A DNA stretch of 64,000 nucleotides from positions 14,590,439 through 14,654,438 of the forward strand of contig NC_052169.1 in the NCBI RefSeq assembly GCF_902713615.1. Reading direction: 5' to 3'. Below the pieces are notes generated by a model, which was given only the letters and a program-made list of their open reading frames with translations, was not told the DNA's origin and searched no databases. This document shows positions 48,205-60,592 of this stretch, one piece after another (position 1 is the stretch's first letter; each line of letters starts with the position of its first letter). The position numbers and the translations under genes are program-made. The DNA is from Scyliorhinus canicula (lineage: Eukaryota).

Positions 48205-48535
48205 ATGGGTCTGGAGTTACATGTAGGACAGCAGATTTCCTTCCCGAAGGAACATTAGTGAACGAGATGGGTGTTTACAACAATGGTTGGCCACCATTAG
48301 AATTTTAATTCCGGGTTTTAAAGAGCAGCTTTTCTGAAAAATGGGGATTTCTACTTCGCGATAAATAAAAATGGAGACTTTTATCGTAAGCTTCACTGCA
48401 GTGACCATGTTTCTGTTTTTAAACGCCAAATGTTTGACTCAAATTTCACCATCTGCCGTGGTGGGATTCGAACCTGGGTCCCCAGACCCTGGTCTGAGGT
48501 ACTACTCCAGTGACAATACCATTACGCCACCACCT
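48205..48535 (-). mobile_element. tRNA-SINE family D
   Basis: Reverse homolog of 47415-48075. Confidence 0.65.
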
Positions 48536-48594
48536 TTCCTATGGGGTGTCTGCCTGGGCACACAACACCTTTTGCAGTTGGTGGACGCCATCTT

Positions 48595-48816
48595 TTTTCT
48601 TAATTTAGTGTACACAATTCATTTTTTTCCAATTCAGGGGCAATTTAGCCTGGCCAATCAACCTACCCTGCACATCTTTGGGTTGTGGGGGCGAAACCCA
48701 CACAGACACAGGGAGAATGTGCAAACTCCACACGGACAGTGACCCAGAGTCGGGCTCGAACCTGGGACCTTGGCGCCGTGAAGCAGCGGTGCTAACCACT
48801 GCGCCACCGCGCTGCC
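48595..48816 (-). mobile_element. Short V-SINE subfamily
   Basis: Same structure as 3285-3511. Confidence 0.85.
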
Positions 48817-49379
48817 CTCGTGGATGCCGTCTTTGACAACAGGAACGGCATCAATCCCGATGCCTCTTTTCACCCTCACGCACAATGTGAAATTTATGGA
48901 TGACGCTCCCATGGGAGTCTTCCTTTGAACTAGCACAGGCAGAGGAGTTTACCTTCACTAGGATCAACAGGAGGCCATGAACAGCAGGATGGGTAATGGG
49001 TCAGAGCGGTCAATGACGATTCAAGCAGGAAGGAAACTCCGTGTAGAAAAAGCCATTATGATCTCACGTCTGCATGTGGATAACTATATTCCTGAGATGA
49101 GAGAGAAAGATATTGCGCCAAACGGTCAAGAGATAACAAATATTGTGGGAAGGCAATGGAAATATAATGAGGTCAAGGTTGTCTGGGCAATCCCTCAAGC
49201 TGGCAGTGAATACACTCCGATTCGAACCAGTGCAAGGACAAATAAGTCAGCAGGCTTGCTCGCTCCCCAGTTGCCTGAATGGTATAAGTGTTTCATATTC
49301 AGGTTACTGGACGGCTGACGATGGTTTCTAAAGAAAGTTAAAGAGTGTGGGGGTCTTTGCGAATGACCCGACTGCCAGT

Positions 49380-49800
49380 TGGTCACCGCACTCGCAGTGT
49401 TGCTGCCCCTCTCAGTGCTCCCTTGCGAGCAATGCTTCTTCACTCAGCTCACCCGACGGCAGAATTAACCCTTCCGCCCGGGCCCCAGCCTTCACCTTCG
49501 CTCTGAACGGCGGCTCTCGGGAAGGGACACGGATAAACGCTCGAAAGAGAGAAAACAAAAACGTCGCAGGGGCCCTGTGAAAGGAACCCGGGAGCGGAAC
49601 CAATCGGATTGCTGCTCTGGCGCGGATTCACTAGGCCCATTGGCCTCGTTCGGTGCTGAACGATTCTGTGGCCAGACTGAGCTGGGCGCCTGCCCGACCC
49701 GGAAGCAACTTAAACGGCGAGTGAAGACGTCGGGAGTGTGCACGTTCGACAGGCACAGGTGCAAATCGGAATCGCACCCGCCGACAATTAAAGGACCAAT
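49380..49800 (-). promoter_or_regulatory. CpG island; candidate CD276 promoter and non-coding first exon
   Basis: Dense CpG in non-repeat sequence. CCAAT motifs near 49600 (+) and 49640 (-), ETS-like CCGGAAGC near 49700, and a minus-strand donor CGG|GTGAGC at 49453/49452. Lies 11 kb upstream of the IgV exon. Assignment to CD276 is inference. Confidence 0.5.
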
Positions 49801-50293
49801 TCAGGCCGCTAAAAGTCCCATTTGCAGGGATTTCGGGCTGCCTGTGCACCTTTTACTTCAACGGACTGGCAAAATGGGTGGGCAGCCAGTACTTTTTTTT
49901 TCCCATTTCCTCAAAAGGCTCCCGGGGCAGCAGGTTTCTCTGTGGGAGGGCTCGCAGCTGTGTGATTATACAGATTTCCTCGAGTTTCCTCGATATTGGT
50001 TAGCCTTTGAGGCATGACTTCGAGCAGTTCAGGACTTCCTGAAAGGAAGGTCTCCATGGGGATTGGAGGAAAGTGTTCCACCATTGGTAAAGCACCGGTC
50101 CTCTGCATCTGCTTCAATGGGGATCCGTGTACTTCAGCTGGTGGGACGTCATTCGAAGAAGAAGAGAAGATCATGAGGGCGAGGAGCCCAGTGAGCACAG
50201 TCAGCATCCTGCAAGAGGTGAGATACACGCTCAGTTTGGTTCAGGGCCAGCAGGGAGGCCAAGACGGAAGGGGACGGCACAGATGCCACTATC

Positions 50294-50523
50294 AGAGTCG
50301 ACAGGCAGCGCACCAATTACCTGCAATGGTCTGAGCTCCAGTACCACAGGAAATTTCGCCTCTCCGGGGACACAGTAACAACCCTTTGCGACAGGATTGC
50401 CTCCAACTGCATGAGGGGTCACCCCATGTCGGTGGCATTGAAGGTCACAGTTGCCCTCAACCTCTACACCTCTGGTTCACTTCAGAGTTCAGGGAGGGAT
50501 CTATGCGTTGTCCCTCCATCAGT

Positions 50524-50555
<32 letters not shown>

Positions 50556-50950
50556 TCAAGCTCATGGCTGATAACACCTGCAGACACGCCCACACTTCCA
50601 TCAACCGGACAGATGGGGGCAGCCAAGCGGAGAGAGCGCGAGGGACCGCGGCGATGGCTGGATATCCCCACATCCAGGGTGCCGTAGAGGTAGCCATGTG
50701 GCCGGCAGGGTGCCGGGGGGGGGAGAGCGAGGAGCTTTCATCAACGTGAAGGGGTACCCTTCAGTGCATGTGGTGATTGTTTGTGACTACAGGACACAGA
50801 TTCCACAAGTCTGTGTCCATTATCCAGGGAACTCAGATGATTCGTGCATCGTGCGGCACTCCCAGGTTGTTCGTGACTTCTGGCCAGGTTAGATGGGTAT
50901 CTCCTGGGTGACCAGGGCTATCCCCGTGAAGAGGTGGCTGATGACCCCAC
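50294..50950 (+). pseudogene. Decayed PIF/Harbinger (HARBI1-like) DDE transposase
   Basis: RVDRQR..FRLSGDTV..GHPMSVALKVTVALNLYTSGSLQ..; FINVKGYPS..VCD..YPGNSDDS; GYLLGDQGYP/VKRWLMTP. Frameshifts and a (CA)n expansion at 50524-50552. Confidence 0.85.
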
Positions 50951-50968
50951 ACTGTCTATATGACGGGG

Positions 50969-51335
50969 TGTAATATGTGCGACTCAAACCTTGGTTACTG
51001 ATGAGGTCTTCTGAATCTCGATGAAGAAGACTCAAACTCGTCCAGTGGTAACAAAAGGTTTATTGAGCAACTACAACAATAATTGTGTGAGTTCGTTACT
51101 TTAACCTTGATACTAGTGATAAGGTCAACAATCTAACTACAGTCGCTAGATGTGACTCCACTAACCATCTGAACTAATCTGATACTGCCCTGGTCACAGT
51201 ACACCCAAAAAGAGAGGGAGAGAGGCCCAATGTGGTTTCTTTTACACCCCTGTTGGTCCGACCTTCTGGTGATCATGTGATGCTACTGATTACACATTAA
51301 CCCCTTATGTACATGCGCACACAGAGATCACTACA
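50969..51335 (-). mobile_element. Solo LTR-like element
   Basis: TGTAAT..ACTACA ends; minus-strand AATAAA; no clean TSD. Confidence 0.45.
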
Positions 51336-51625
51336 GGAATATTTGGATTCTGTTCTGTGCTTGTATGAAGTCACGTAAACATTTCCTTTAGTTGAGTAGA
51401 CTGGATTGGCGGTACCTCTTTGTACACTGTCCAGATGCTGCACAGGCTGGTCAGCTGAGCGCTTTGGTATCGAGCAGCATTTTTGGGTTGGGCTCGAGAG
51501 GAAATGTCGATTGCGAGTGCTTGTCTGAGTCGGCCTCCATGCCTTGGATACCCAGCTGAAGGTTCGCTGGATCAAAGCATCGCACGTGTCCCTGCCCCCC
51601 CCCCCCCCCCCCCTCCTGAATGTAC

Positions 51626-51732
51626 CGTACCAGCCTCCCCGAACAGGCGCCGGAATGTGGCGACTAGGGGCTTTTCACAGTAACTTCATTGAAGCCTACT
51701 CGTGACAATAAGCGATTTTCATTTTCATTTCA
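51626..51732 (+). mobile_element. 5'-truncated SINE-B
   Basis: cgtaccagcctccccgaacaggcgcc, tail-c and (TTTCA)n. Confidence 0.85.
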
Positions 51733-54180
51733 TGTTTCTATCGTCTACCTCGCAGTCCTCACCCTGTGTGTTCCCAGGCTCATCCTCTGGCCTGTCACTG
51801 GAGTCATCCTCCCTGGCCTGGGACCTACCTCACTCTCCTCAGCCTCTACTGGGATCTCCTCTTTGTCAGAGTTCGATTTTGCAGGGTGCAGCATGTTGCA
51901 ATTATCAGGGATAATCGCTGTGGCGGATTTTGCAATGATCCCCCGATGTTAAGTATCAGAAGCGTATCTCTCCGCCACCATTCTCGTGGATGCATGGCCC
52001 CTGTTGTATCTCTCCTCTGTCTCAGTTTTTGAGCATCCAGCATCTGCCACCCTTATGCACGTCACCAGAGGCTGGTCATCAGTTGGGGGCATGGTCCATC
52101 AGTGCTCCCACTGTCGGTCGCCTGGACCTCTCTGCCTCTGCCACTTCCTCACCTGAGGGTGGTGTGCCCTCACCATTGTGCACTACCCATGGAGATGTAG
52201 AAGTCAATATTTTTGCCGCTTCTGGACTGTGGTAGAAAGATTCAACAATGCCCGTTCAGAAAACATAACAAGACTTTATTTAACGAACAGACTGTAGTTT
52301 ATGGCTGAAAGTTGAGGTCGGACAGCAGGGAGTGTCTCTGCTGATTCCTACTCAAGTCCGCGCTTTCACAGAGAATCAGCTCAGTATTTATACATTATCA
52401 GAATCAGGATTACGTGACTACAGCTTGGTCAGGAATTCGATCAGAAGTGCAAACATAAGCAATATCATAAAACAGGCATCACCTTGCTGACCTTTCCGGA
52501 CTCTGTCCCGTCACTCAGATCATTATTCAGTCCTTTGATGGAATGTTTAAGAGTCGGAGGAGATTTGTTTCTTCCTGGCCTTATCTTGCCGTATTTAGAC
52601 TGCTTTAGGTTATGACAAGTTTAGTCTTATCAGAATTTACGGATTCATTTCGGATCAGCTTGACCTTCTCTGATCTTATTCAGGCTTTAGGTCATGCGGA
52701 GTCAGCTTTTCTTACATTGTACCCAGTAGTTGACCAGTTTTCCCATCATGCCATTATTTACTTTGTACAACACCACAGGGAGGATGACCCAATGCCCTTC
52801 AACGTGTGAGTAACTGCGCTGGTGCCTGGCACTGAAATACAGCGTGATGCAGGTGCAGGAGCGATGTCTTCCTGGGTGCCTAATGGGGTGTCCTCGGGGC
52901 TGCCTGCAGCTAATGCGGTTAGCTCATCAGTGGAAGGAAGGCACATTATCAGTGTTTTCAATCATCATCGTCACTATACATGCTAGGTGGTATGCTGAGA
53001 CAATGGAGAGATGCTGCAGGGTGCCATTCTGCATTGGAGCTTCAGCGGGCATTCTGACAGGGAAGCCCCACTGATTAGAGGGGCCTGTGAATTCTCCCGT
53101 GTCTGCACCACTCCCATCTGGGACCTACACACTGACCTTCATCCAAGACCCATTCCCAGGGCCAGAGGAGAGAATTGGCAAACCAACTCCAGAGTATCAT
53201 TACCCTTCCTAGTCAGGACCAGCAGACCGCGGACATCGTGCCCATTGACCTCAGCAGCCACCTCGGGTCCTGGTCTTCCGGGTCAGGTGAAGTGGTCTTC
53301 TCCTCCCGGCACAGGGCATCAGGGTGTCGCGCCTGGCACTCACCTCCTAGCACCAGACAGTGACAGGCACTCATCTGTGAAACAGAGCCCACCCGACAAG
53401 CCCCCCCCCATCTTCCATGGCCGCCTGGCGTTGATGACATTCCTGGAGTTCCTGCTCTTCAGCCACACAGCGCCCTCTGCCTCCCTCAAAACTCAGGGCC
53501 TTCATTACCTGGGGTACTTTTGTATTGACAATGAGATCGCGAGTGGGGGGGGGGGGGTTTCACATCACTTCCGAGTGCGGCTCAAAGGCAAAATTCATGC
53601 CTGTGGATTCTATGATCGAGTCTGTTGCTATGACTGTCGGTCACCAGCAGAGGCAGTCTAAAGCTGCTCTGTGGAAGCTCCTTCCCTCTCACAAAACACC
53701 AGAGCTGTGGCTTCATGCTTCTCGTAAAGAACTCAAGAGTTTGAACCTTTCCTCATTTCTGGAACAGTGTGCGTATTCAAAGTCGATATATATTATTTGA
53801 CAAATTACTTGACGCGTAGCTTTTGCTTCTGTATAATTAGCTCATTTGTAAAGAAATGCACCATTAATTTTAGCCTGAATGTATCGTCGAACAGTGACTG
53901 CCTTTCAAAGAGAACAGTAGATTACAGTGAGCTGCCACGTAGCAACATTATGTGATAGAAAAAGTCAGAACTCGCCCTGGGACATGCAATTTCATTCGAG
54001 CCGACCCTGACATTGCAAGTTTCACTAGGGATACGGGGCTAATGATGGAAATTGCCTATTTTCGCTGTGAACATGAGTTAATGGTTTTGGGAAGGAGCCC
54101 AAAGTGCAAGAAACAGTGCCTGAATTTAAGGATTCAAGTAATGGAGAGATTCGCACAAACCAACTTAAATGTGAAGTAAA

Positions 54181-54515
54181 TGGGCAGCACGGTAGCATTG
54201 TGGTTAGCACAATTGCTTCACAGTTCCAGGGTCCCAGGTTCGATTCCTGGCTTGGGTCACTGTCTGTGCGGAGTCTGCACGTTCTCCCAGTGTGTGCGTG
54301 GGTTTCCTCCGGGTGCTCCGGCTTCTTCCCACAGTCCAAAGATGTGCAGGTTAGGTGGTTTGGCCATGCTAAATTGTCCTTAGTATCCAAAATTGCCCTT
54401 AGTGTTGGGTGAGGTTACTGGGTAATGGGGATAGGGTGGTGTGGGCTTTCCAAGAGCCAGTGCAGACTTGATGGGCCGAATGGCCTCCTGCTGCACTGTA
54501 AATTCTACGAATCTA
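54181..54515 (+). mobile_element. Full-length V-SINE
   Basis: Same structure as 15944-16291. Confidence 0.9.
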
Positions 54516-54519
54516 GATC

Positions 54520-54910
54520 AAAAGGAGGTCTGATTAGTAAGTTCACAGACAACACAAAAATTGGTGGAGTTGCGGATAGTGAAGTTGATGGTCAGAGGAT
54601 ACAGCAGGATACAAAATGGTGGAAGTCTTGGGCGGAGAAATGGCAGATGGAGTTTAACCCGGGCAAGTGTGAGGTAATGCACTTTGGAAGGTCCAATGCA
54701 TGTAGGAATTACACAATAAATGGTAGAACTCTTGCGAGTTCTGACAGGCAGAGAGATCTGGGCGTGCATGTCCACAGGTCACTGAAAGTGGCAACGCATG
54801 TGGATAAGGTGGTCAAGTAGGCATGCGGCATGCTGGCCTTCATCAGTCGGGGCGTTGAATATAAAAATTGGCAAACCATGTTGCAGCTGTACAGGACCTT
54901 AGTTAGGCCT

Positions 54911-54942
<32 letters not shown>

Positions 54943-55572
54943 ACACTACCAGAAGGATGTGGATGCTTTGGAGAGGGTACAGATTCCCGTAACAGCCTCC
55001 CCGAACAGGCGCCGGAATGTGGCGACTAGGGGCTTTTCACAGTAACTTCATTGAAGCCTACTCGTGACAATAAGCGATTTTCATTTCATTTCAGAAGCGG
55101 TTTACTAGGATGTTGCCTGGTATGGAGGGCATTAGCTATGAAGAGAGGTTAGATAAACTCGGTCTGTTCTCACTTCAACGACAGAGGTTGAGAGGCGACC
55201 TGATAGAGGTCTACAAAATAATGAGTGGCATGGACAGAGTGGATAGTCAGATGCTCTTTCCTAGGGTAGGAGAGTCAGGTACTAGGGAACATAAGTTTAA
55301 AGTGTGTGGGGAAAAGTTTAGAACTGATGTGCGAGGCAATTTTTTTTTTTTTTTTTACACAGAGGGTGGCAAATATATGTAACACGCTGGCTAGGGAGGT
55401 GGTAGGAGCAGGTACGATAGCGGCATTTAAGGGTTATCTAGACAAATCTACGAATAGGGTGGGAATGGAAGGATACAGACTCAGTTACGTGCATACAATT
55501 TTAGTTTAGGCAGGTACCATGGTCAGCGCAGGCTTGTAAGGCCGAAGGGCCTGTTCCTGTGCTGTATTGTTC
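54520..55572 (+). mobile_element. CR1 LINE RT and 3' end, split by SINE-B
   Basis: SKFTDNTKIGG..KWQMEFNPGKC..LVRPHLEYCVQFWSP and tail. Confidence 0.9.
54983..55091 (+). mobile_element. 5'-truncated SINE-B
   Basis: Interrupts CR1 LERVQ|KR; CAGA duplicated at flanks. Confidence 0.85.
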
Positions 55573-56566
55573 TTTGTGGTGTAACCACCTGTCACAGAAT
55601 AACTGAGAAGAAAGGACAAAGTACGGGAGAACTGATTCGTCGATTTGGACCATGAACACAGACTGGGGATCAGAAGTGCAAAATTAACAAGCATTAAGCA
55701 CAATTTAAGACAAGAATTATTATTTTTTTTCCTCACAGAACAGTGGGCATGTGGAACAGACACCAAGCAAACGCAGTTAATACCATGTTAATTAGGCACA
55801 AAGAAAACAGCTGCCGAAACATCTGGGGAGGAGTGGAATTGAGGTTTAGAAAGGATAAGTATTCTCTGTGCATTGGATGCTCGGTGGAGCATAGAGGCGT
55901 CTGAACTCTGAGTAACGCAAATACCATGACAGGAAAGGCAAGGATGAATACTGTCAGACGCAGTGGGATCTGTTTCAACTAATCACTCCCTGTAGTGACT
56001 CATATTAGTACAGCGTTTTGAAATATTTGGTACACATGCCTTGCCCGATAATGGACAACATACGGATCTGGGTGTAGAAGAGTGTGCACCAAATTTATCC
56101 AGATCAGTGAGAAGGAAGATGAAAAATAACAGCCCTAACACCAATTCCGATAAGACTCCATGATTGACTGCTCCAATCCGGAACACCAACCATTGATAAC
56201 TGCCTTCTCTCTACGCAAAAATTGCAATTTCTTTTCATCCAACAAGTCTAAATCTTGCTTAGTCATATGTTTGGGCATCATTTTGTCAGAGGATTGTTTT
56301 TCCTGAGCCCCACCAATGCAACTGGATGACCGCCCAGCACCCGCTTTATATCTTGGACCAGAAACGGGACCAGTGGGTGAAACAAGTTATTGCCTTTGCC
56401 AAAGATGAGATGATTACCTGACAAGGAGAGACTGGGCCTATATTTTCTGGAGATGGCCTATTTTTGTTGGTGAACCTTAGGAATGCTCAACCCCAGCGGA
56501 CATTCAGTCTTCGAGTACATCTGAGACTAATACATCTTTGGCAATAAAGGATGGCAATAAAGAGCG

Positions 56567-56850
56567 GCCTGGTGGCACAGTGGTTAGCACTGCTGCCTCA
56601 AAAGTGCGAGAGACCTGGGTTCCAGCCTTGCGTGTGGAGTTTGCACATTTTCCAGTGTCTGCATGGGTTTCCTCCGGGTGCTCTGGTTTCCTCCCCCAGT
56701 CCAGCGACGTGCAGATTAGGTGGGTTGGCCATGCTAAAATTGTCCCAAAAAGTGTCTAAAGTTTAGATGGGGATAGATGCGGGGCAGTGGGCCTCTTTCG
56801 AAGGGGCGGTGCAGACCCGATGGGCCGAATGACCTCCTTCTGCACTGTAA
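56567..56850 (+). mobile_element. V-SINE (diverged)
   Basis: Head, V-domain and tail. Confidence 0.8.
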
Positions 56851-56878
56851 AATAAATAAAAGTTGCCATAGTCCCAGA

Positions 56879-57197
56879 CGAGGCCTGGATAGAGTGGACA
56901 TGGAGAGGATGTTTCCACTTGTAGGAAAAACTAGAACCAGAGGGCACAATCTCAGACTAAAGGGACGATCCTTTAAAAAAGAGATGAGGAGGAATTTCTT
57001 CAGCCAGAGGGTGGTGAATCTGTGGAACTCTTTGCCGCCGAAGGCTGTGGAGGCCAAATCACTGAGCATCTTTAAGGCGGAGATGGATAGGTTCTTGATT
57101 AATCTGCGGAGAATGGGGATGAGAAAAATATCAGCCATGATTGAATGGCGGAGCAGACTCGATGGGCCGAGTGGCCTAATTCTGGTCCTATGTCTTA
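56879..57197 (+). mobile_element. CR1 LINE 3' end
   Basis: Same subfamily as 29030-29420. Confidence 0.85.
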
Positions 57198-57214
57198 CGG
57201 CCTTATTATCCTGC

Positions 57215-57405
57215 TTTCTCCTTTGAGGGGGGAGAGCTGACTGGTGGCGATTTTACCTGAGGATCACCACACCTCAGGCGAGGGGCAAGGTTGAGAAGTC
57301 GGGAATCTTCATGAATAACTGCAGCAGGAATGGGATTTGAACACGCGCTGCTGGACTTGCTCGGCATCACACACCAGCTGTCCAGCCAACTGAGCTAAAC
57401 CCACC
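57215..57405 (-). mobile_element. tRNA-SINE family C (head shared with SINE-B; tail remnant at 56858-56878)
   Basis: ggtttagctcagttggctggacagctgg..gttcaaatccc head; body caaccttgcccctcgcctgaggtgtggtg. Confidence 0.65.
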
Positions 57406-58039
57406 CCCATTCTGCACTGGAGGGATTCTATGATTCGATGTTTGGAGAGATGGGAAGCCAAAGTCTAAGATGAGGCAAGATCTTATTTAATTGCGAAGCA
57501 GGCACGCAATAGGACCTACACCTATTTTTCATGTCCTAATGTGTGTAGAAGCCACATCGAGATCCCCAATAACACTGTCTGTCAAAGTAATCTTACAAAT
57601 TGTCTCCAATGATCCTTCTTAATAATTTGCCTATATGTAAAGTCAAGCCAATAGGGCCTGATGTTTCCTGGATTTGATTTATTGATATAAATTATTGGAA
57701 TTAATTAAATATATTGATGGGCTCTCTCCCCCAGTCCGTGAGCGAATTCGCAGATCCCAAAGAATCATTAGAGTTTGTGCAAATGACTTAATAACCAGCC
57801 TCCGGCAGACAGATCAGTTTTAGAAGCTGCAATTCTAGGAAGGACCGCTTCCAGGTTCACTTCAAAATGCTCAACTTTGCCATCTTTACCCAGCTTGTTA
57901 TCTTGGCAGCCTGGCATCATTTTCAACAGTGAGGAGCTGTGCGAATTTACCATTTTACCCACGTTTTGTGGGCCTCCAGCAGAATCAGCCCTCTAAAATC
58001 CCACAATAGCAATCAAAGGCCTCTCCACAAGAACGTAAC

Positions 58040-58376
58040 GACTAGGAGCAGGAGTAGGCCATCTGGCCCCCTCAAGCCTGCTCCACCATTCAATAAGATG
58101 GTGGCTGATCTTTTTGTGGACTCATTTCCACTTACCCGCCCGCTCACCATAACCCTTAATTCCTTTACTGTTCAAAAATCTATCTTTGCCTTAAAAACAT
58201 TCAACGAGGTAGCCTCAACTGCTTCACTGGGCAGGGAACTCCACAGATTCACAACCCTTTGGGTGAAGACTTTCCTCCTTAACTTAGTCCTAAATCTGCT
58301 CCCCCTTATTTTGAGGCTATGCCCCCGAGTTCTAGTTTCACCCGCCAGTGGAAACAACCTCCCTGCTTCTATCTTC
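58040..58376 (-). mobile_element. CR1 LINE 3' end
   Basis: KIEAGRLFPLAGE..FTQRVVNLWSSLP on the minus strand. Confidence 0.88.
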
Positions 58377-58578
58377 ACTAGCTTTGATTTTTGTAGAGGT
58401 GCGAAAGTCCTTGCTATTGTGACAACACCCATTAACCACCCTGCTCTCTATCACCCTTTTGGGTGCAAGAGAACAGTTTATGTTCCCCTCCATCTGGTTT
58501 GACATAGCCTCAATCCCCAGGCAGTAGACTAGGAAAACAAAACCCACTTTTGGACGTGGTACAGTTTGTTTGGGTTTT

Positions 58579-58927
58579 GGGCAGCACGGTAGCATTGTGG
58601 TTAGCACAATTGCTTCACAGCTCCAGGGTCCCAGGTTCGATTCCCAGCTTGGGTCACTGTCTGTGCGGAGTCTGCACATCCTCGCCGTGTGTGCGCGGGT
58701 TTCCTCCGGGTGCTCCGGTTTCCTCCCACAGTCCAAAGATGTGCAGGTTAGGTGGATTGGCCACGCTAAATTGCCCTTAGTGTCCAAAATTGCCCTTAGT
58801 GTTGGGTGGGGTTACTGGGTTATGGGAATAGGGTGGAGGTGTTGACCTTGGATAGGGTACTCTTTCCAAGAGCTGGTGCAGACTCGTTGGGCCGAATGGC
58901 TTCCTTCTGCACTGTGAATTCTATGAT
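58579..58927 (+). mobile_element. Full-length V-SINE
   Basis: Same structure as 15944-16291. Confidence 0.92.
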
Positions 58928-59134
58928 GAACATGGCTTTATTTTAACCTTTGGAACAATATGGTTTCTTGGCGTCAGCATTTATTATCTGTATTACTGCC
59001 ATTACTACATTGATTTGAAAATTTGCTTTTCAAATCCTTTTTCTGGTCTTGCTCCTCCCTATTTCCTTAACACCGTCCAGTCCCACAACCTATACTGCAC
59101 CAAATCTGGTCGCTTACACATCACCAAATTTTAA

Positions 59135-60592
59135 AGGCAATCAAGCCTAGGGGCAAAGCATGAAAATTGCTCCAGAACCTGCCACACACCTAACCAAGCT
59201 GTTTTAGTACGTCTGCAATACTGGCATCTACCCAGCAATGTGGGAAATTGGCCAGCTATGTTCCTAACACAAAAAGCAGGACAAATCCAACCTGGCCAAT
59301 TGCCGCTCTATCAGTCTACTCTCAATCATCAATCAAGCGATGGAAGGGGTCACAAATAGTGTTACCAAGTGGCACTTGCTTAGCAATAACCTGCTCATGG
59401 ACACTCAGTTTGGGTTCCACTAGGGTAACTCAGCTCCTGACCTCAGGCCTTGCTTCAAACATGGAAAAAAGAGCTGAACTTCAGAGATAAGTTGAGAGTG
59501 ACTGCCCTTGACATCAAGGCAGCATTTGATCAAGTATGGCATCAAGGAGCCCTAGCAAAACTGGAAAACTCTCCGCTGATTGGAGTCATACCTAGCGGAA
59601 ATGGTTGTGGTTGTTGGTGGCGTCATCTCAGTCCTGGGACATCACTGCAGGAGTTCCTCAGGATAGTGTCCCAGGCCCAACCATCTTCAGCTGCTTCATC
59701 AATGACCACCCTTCCATCACAAGGTCAGAAGTGGGGATGTTTGCAGATGACTGCACAATGTTCAGCACCATTCGCGACTCTTCAGATAATGAAGCAGTCC
59801 ATGTCCAAATGCAGCAAGACCTGGGCAATATCCAGGCTTGGGCTGACAAGTGGCAAGTTACATTTGTGCCACACAACTGCCGGGCAATGACCATCTCCAA
59901 CCAGAGAGGATCTAACCATCGCCCTTGACATTCAATGGCATTACCATCCTTGAATCCCCCACAATCAACATCCAGGGGGTTACCATTGACCAGTAACTGA
60001 ACTGGACAAGCCACATTAATACTGTGGCTACCAGAGCAGGTCAGAGACTAGGAATCCTATGGCAAGTAACTCACCTCCTGACCCCCAAACCCTGTCCACC
60101 ATCTACAAGGCACAAGTCAGGAGTGTAATGGAATACTCTCCACTTGCTTGGATGAGAGCAGCTCCAACAACACTCAAGAAGCTCAACACCATCCAGGACA
60201 AAACAGCCCCGCTTGATTGCTCCCCTTCCACAAACATTCACTCCCTCCACCACCATCGCACAATAGCAGTAGTGTGTACCATCTACAAGATGCACTGCAG
60301 GAACTTAGCCATCGCCTTCCAAACCCACGACCACTACCATCTGGAAGGACAAGAGTAACAGATGCCTGGGAATCCCAGCACCTGGAGGCTCACCTCACCA
60401 CCCTGTCAAGGAAATATATCGCCGCTCCTTCATTGCAGCTGGGTCAAAATCCTGGAACATCCTGCCTAACAGCACAGTGGGTGTACCTACACCTCAGGGA
60501 CTGCAGCGGTTCAAGAAGGCAGCTCACCACCACCTTCTTATTGGCAACGAGGGATGGGCAATGAATGTTGGCCTAGCCAGCGAAGCCCATAA
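59135..60592 (+). mobile_element. Distinct CR1/L2-group LINE, RT and 3' end
   Basis: ALDIKAAFDQVWH, GVPQDSVPGPTIF, FADDC, IYKAQVRSVMEY; tail gggatgggcaatgaatgttggcctagccagcg. Confidence 0.85.
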
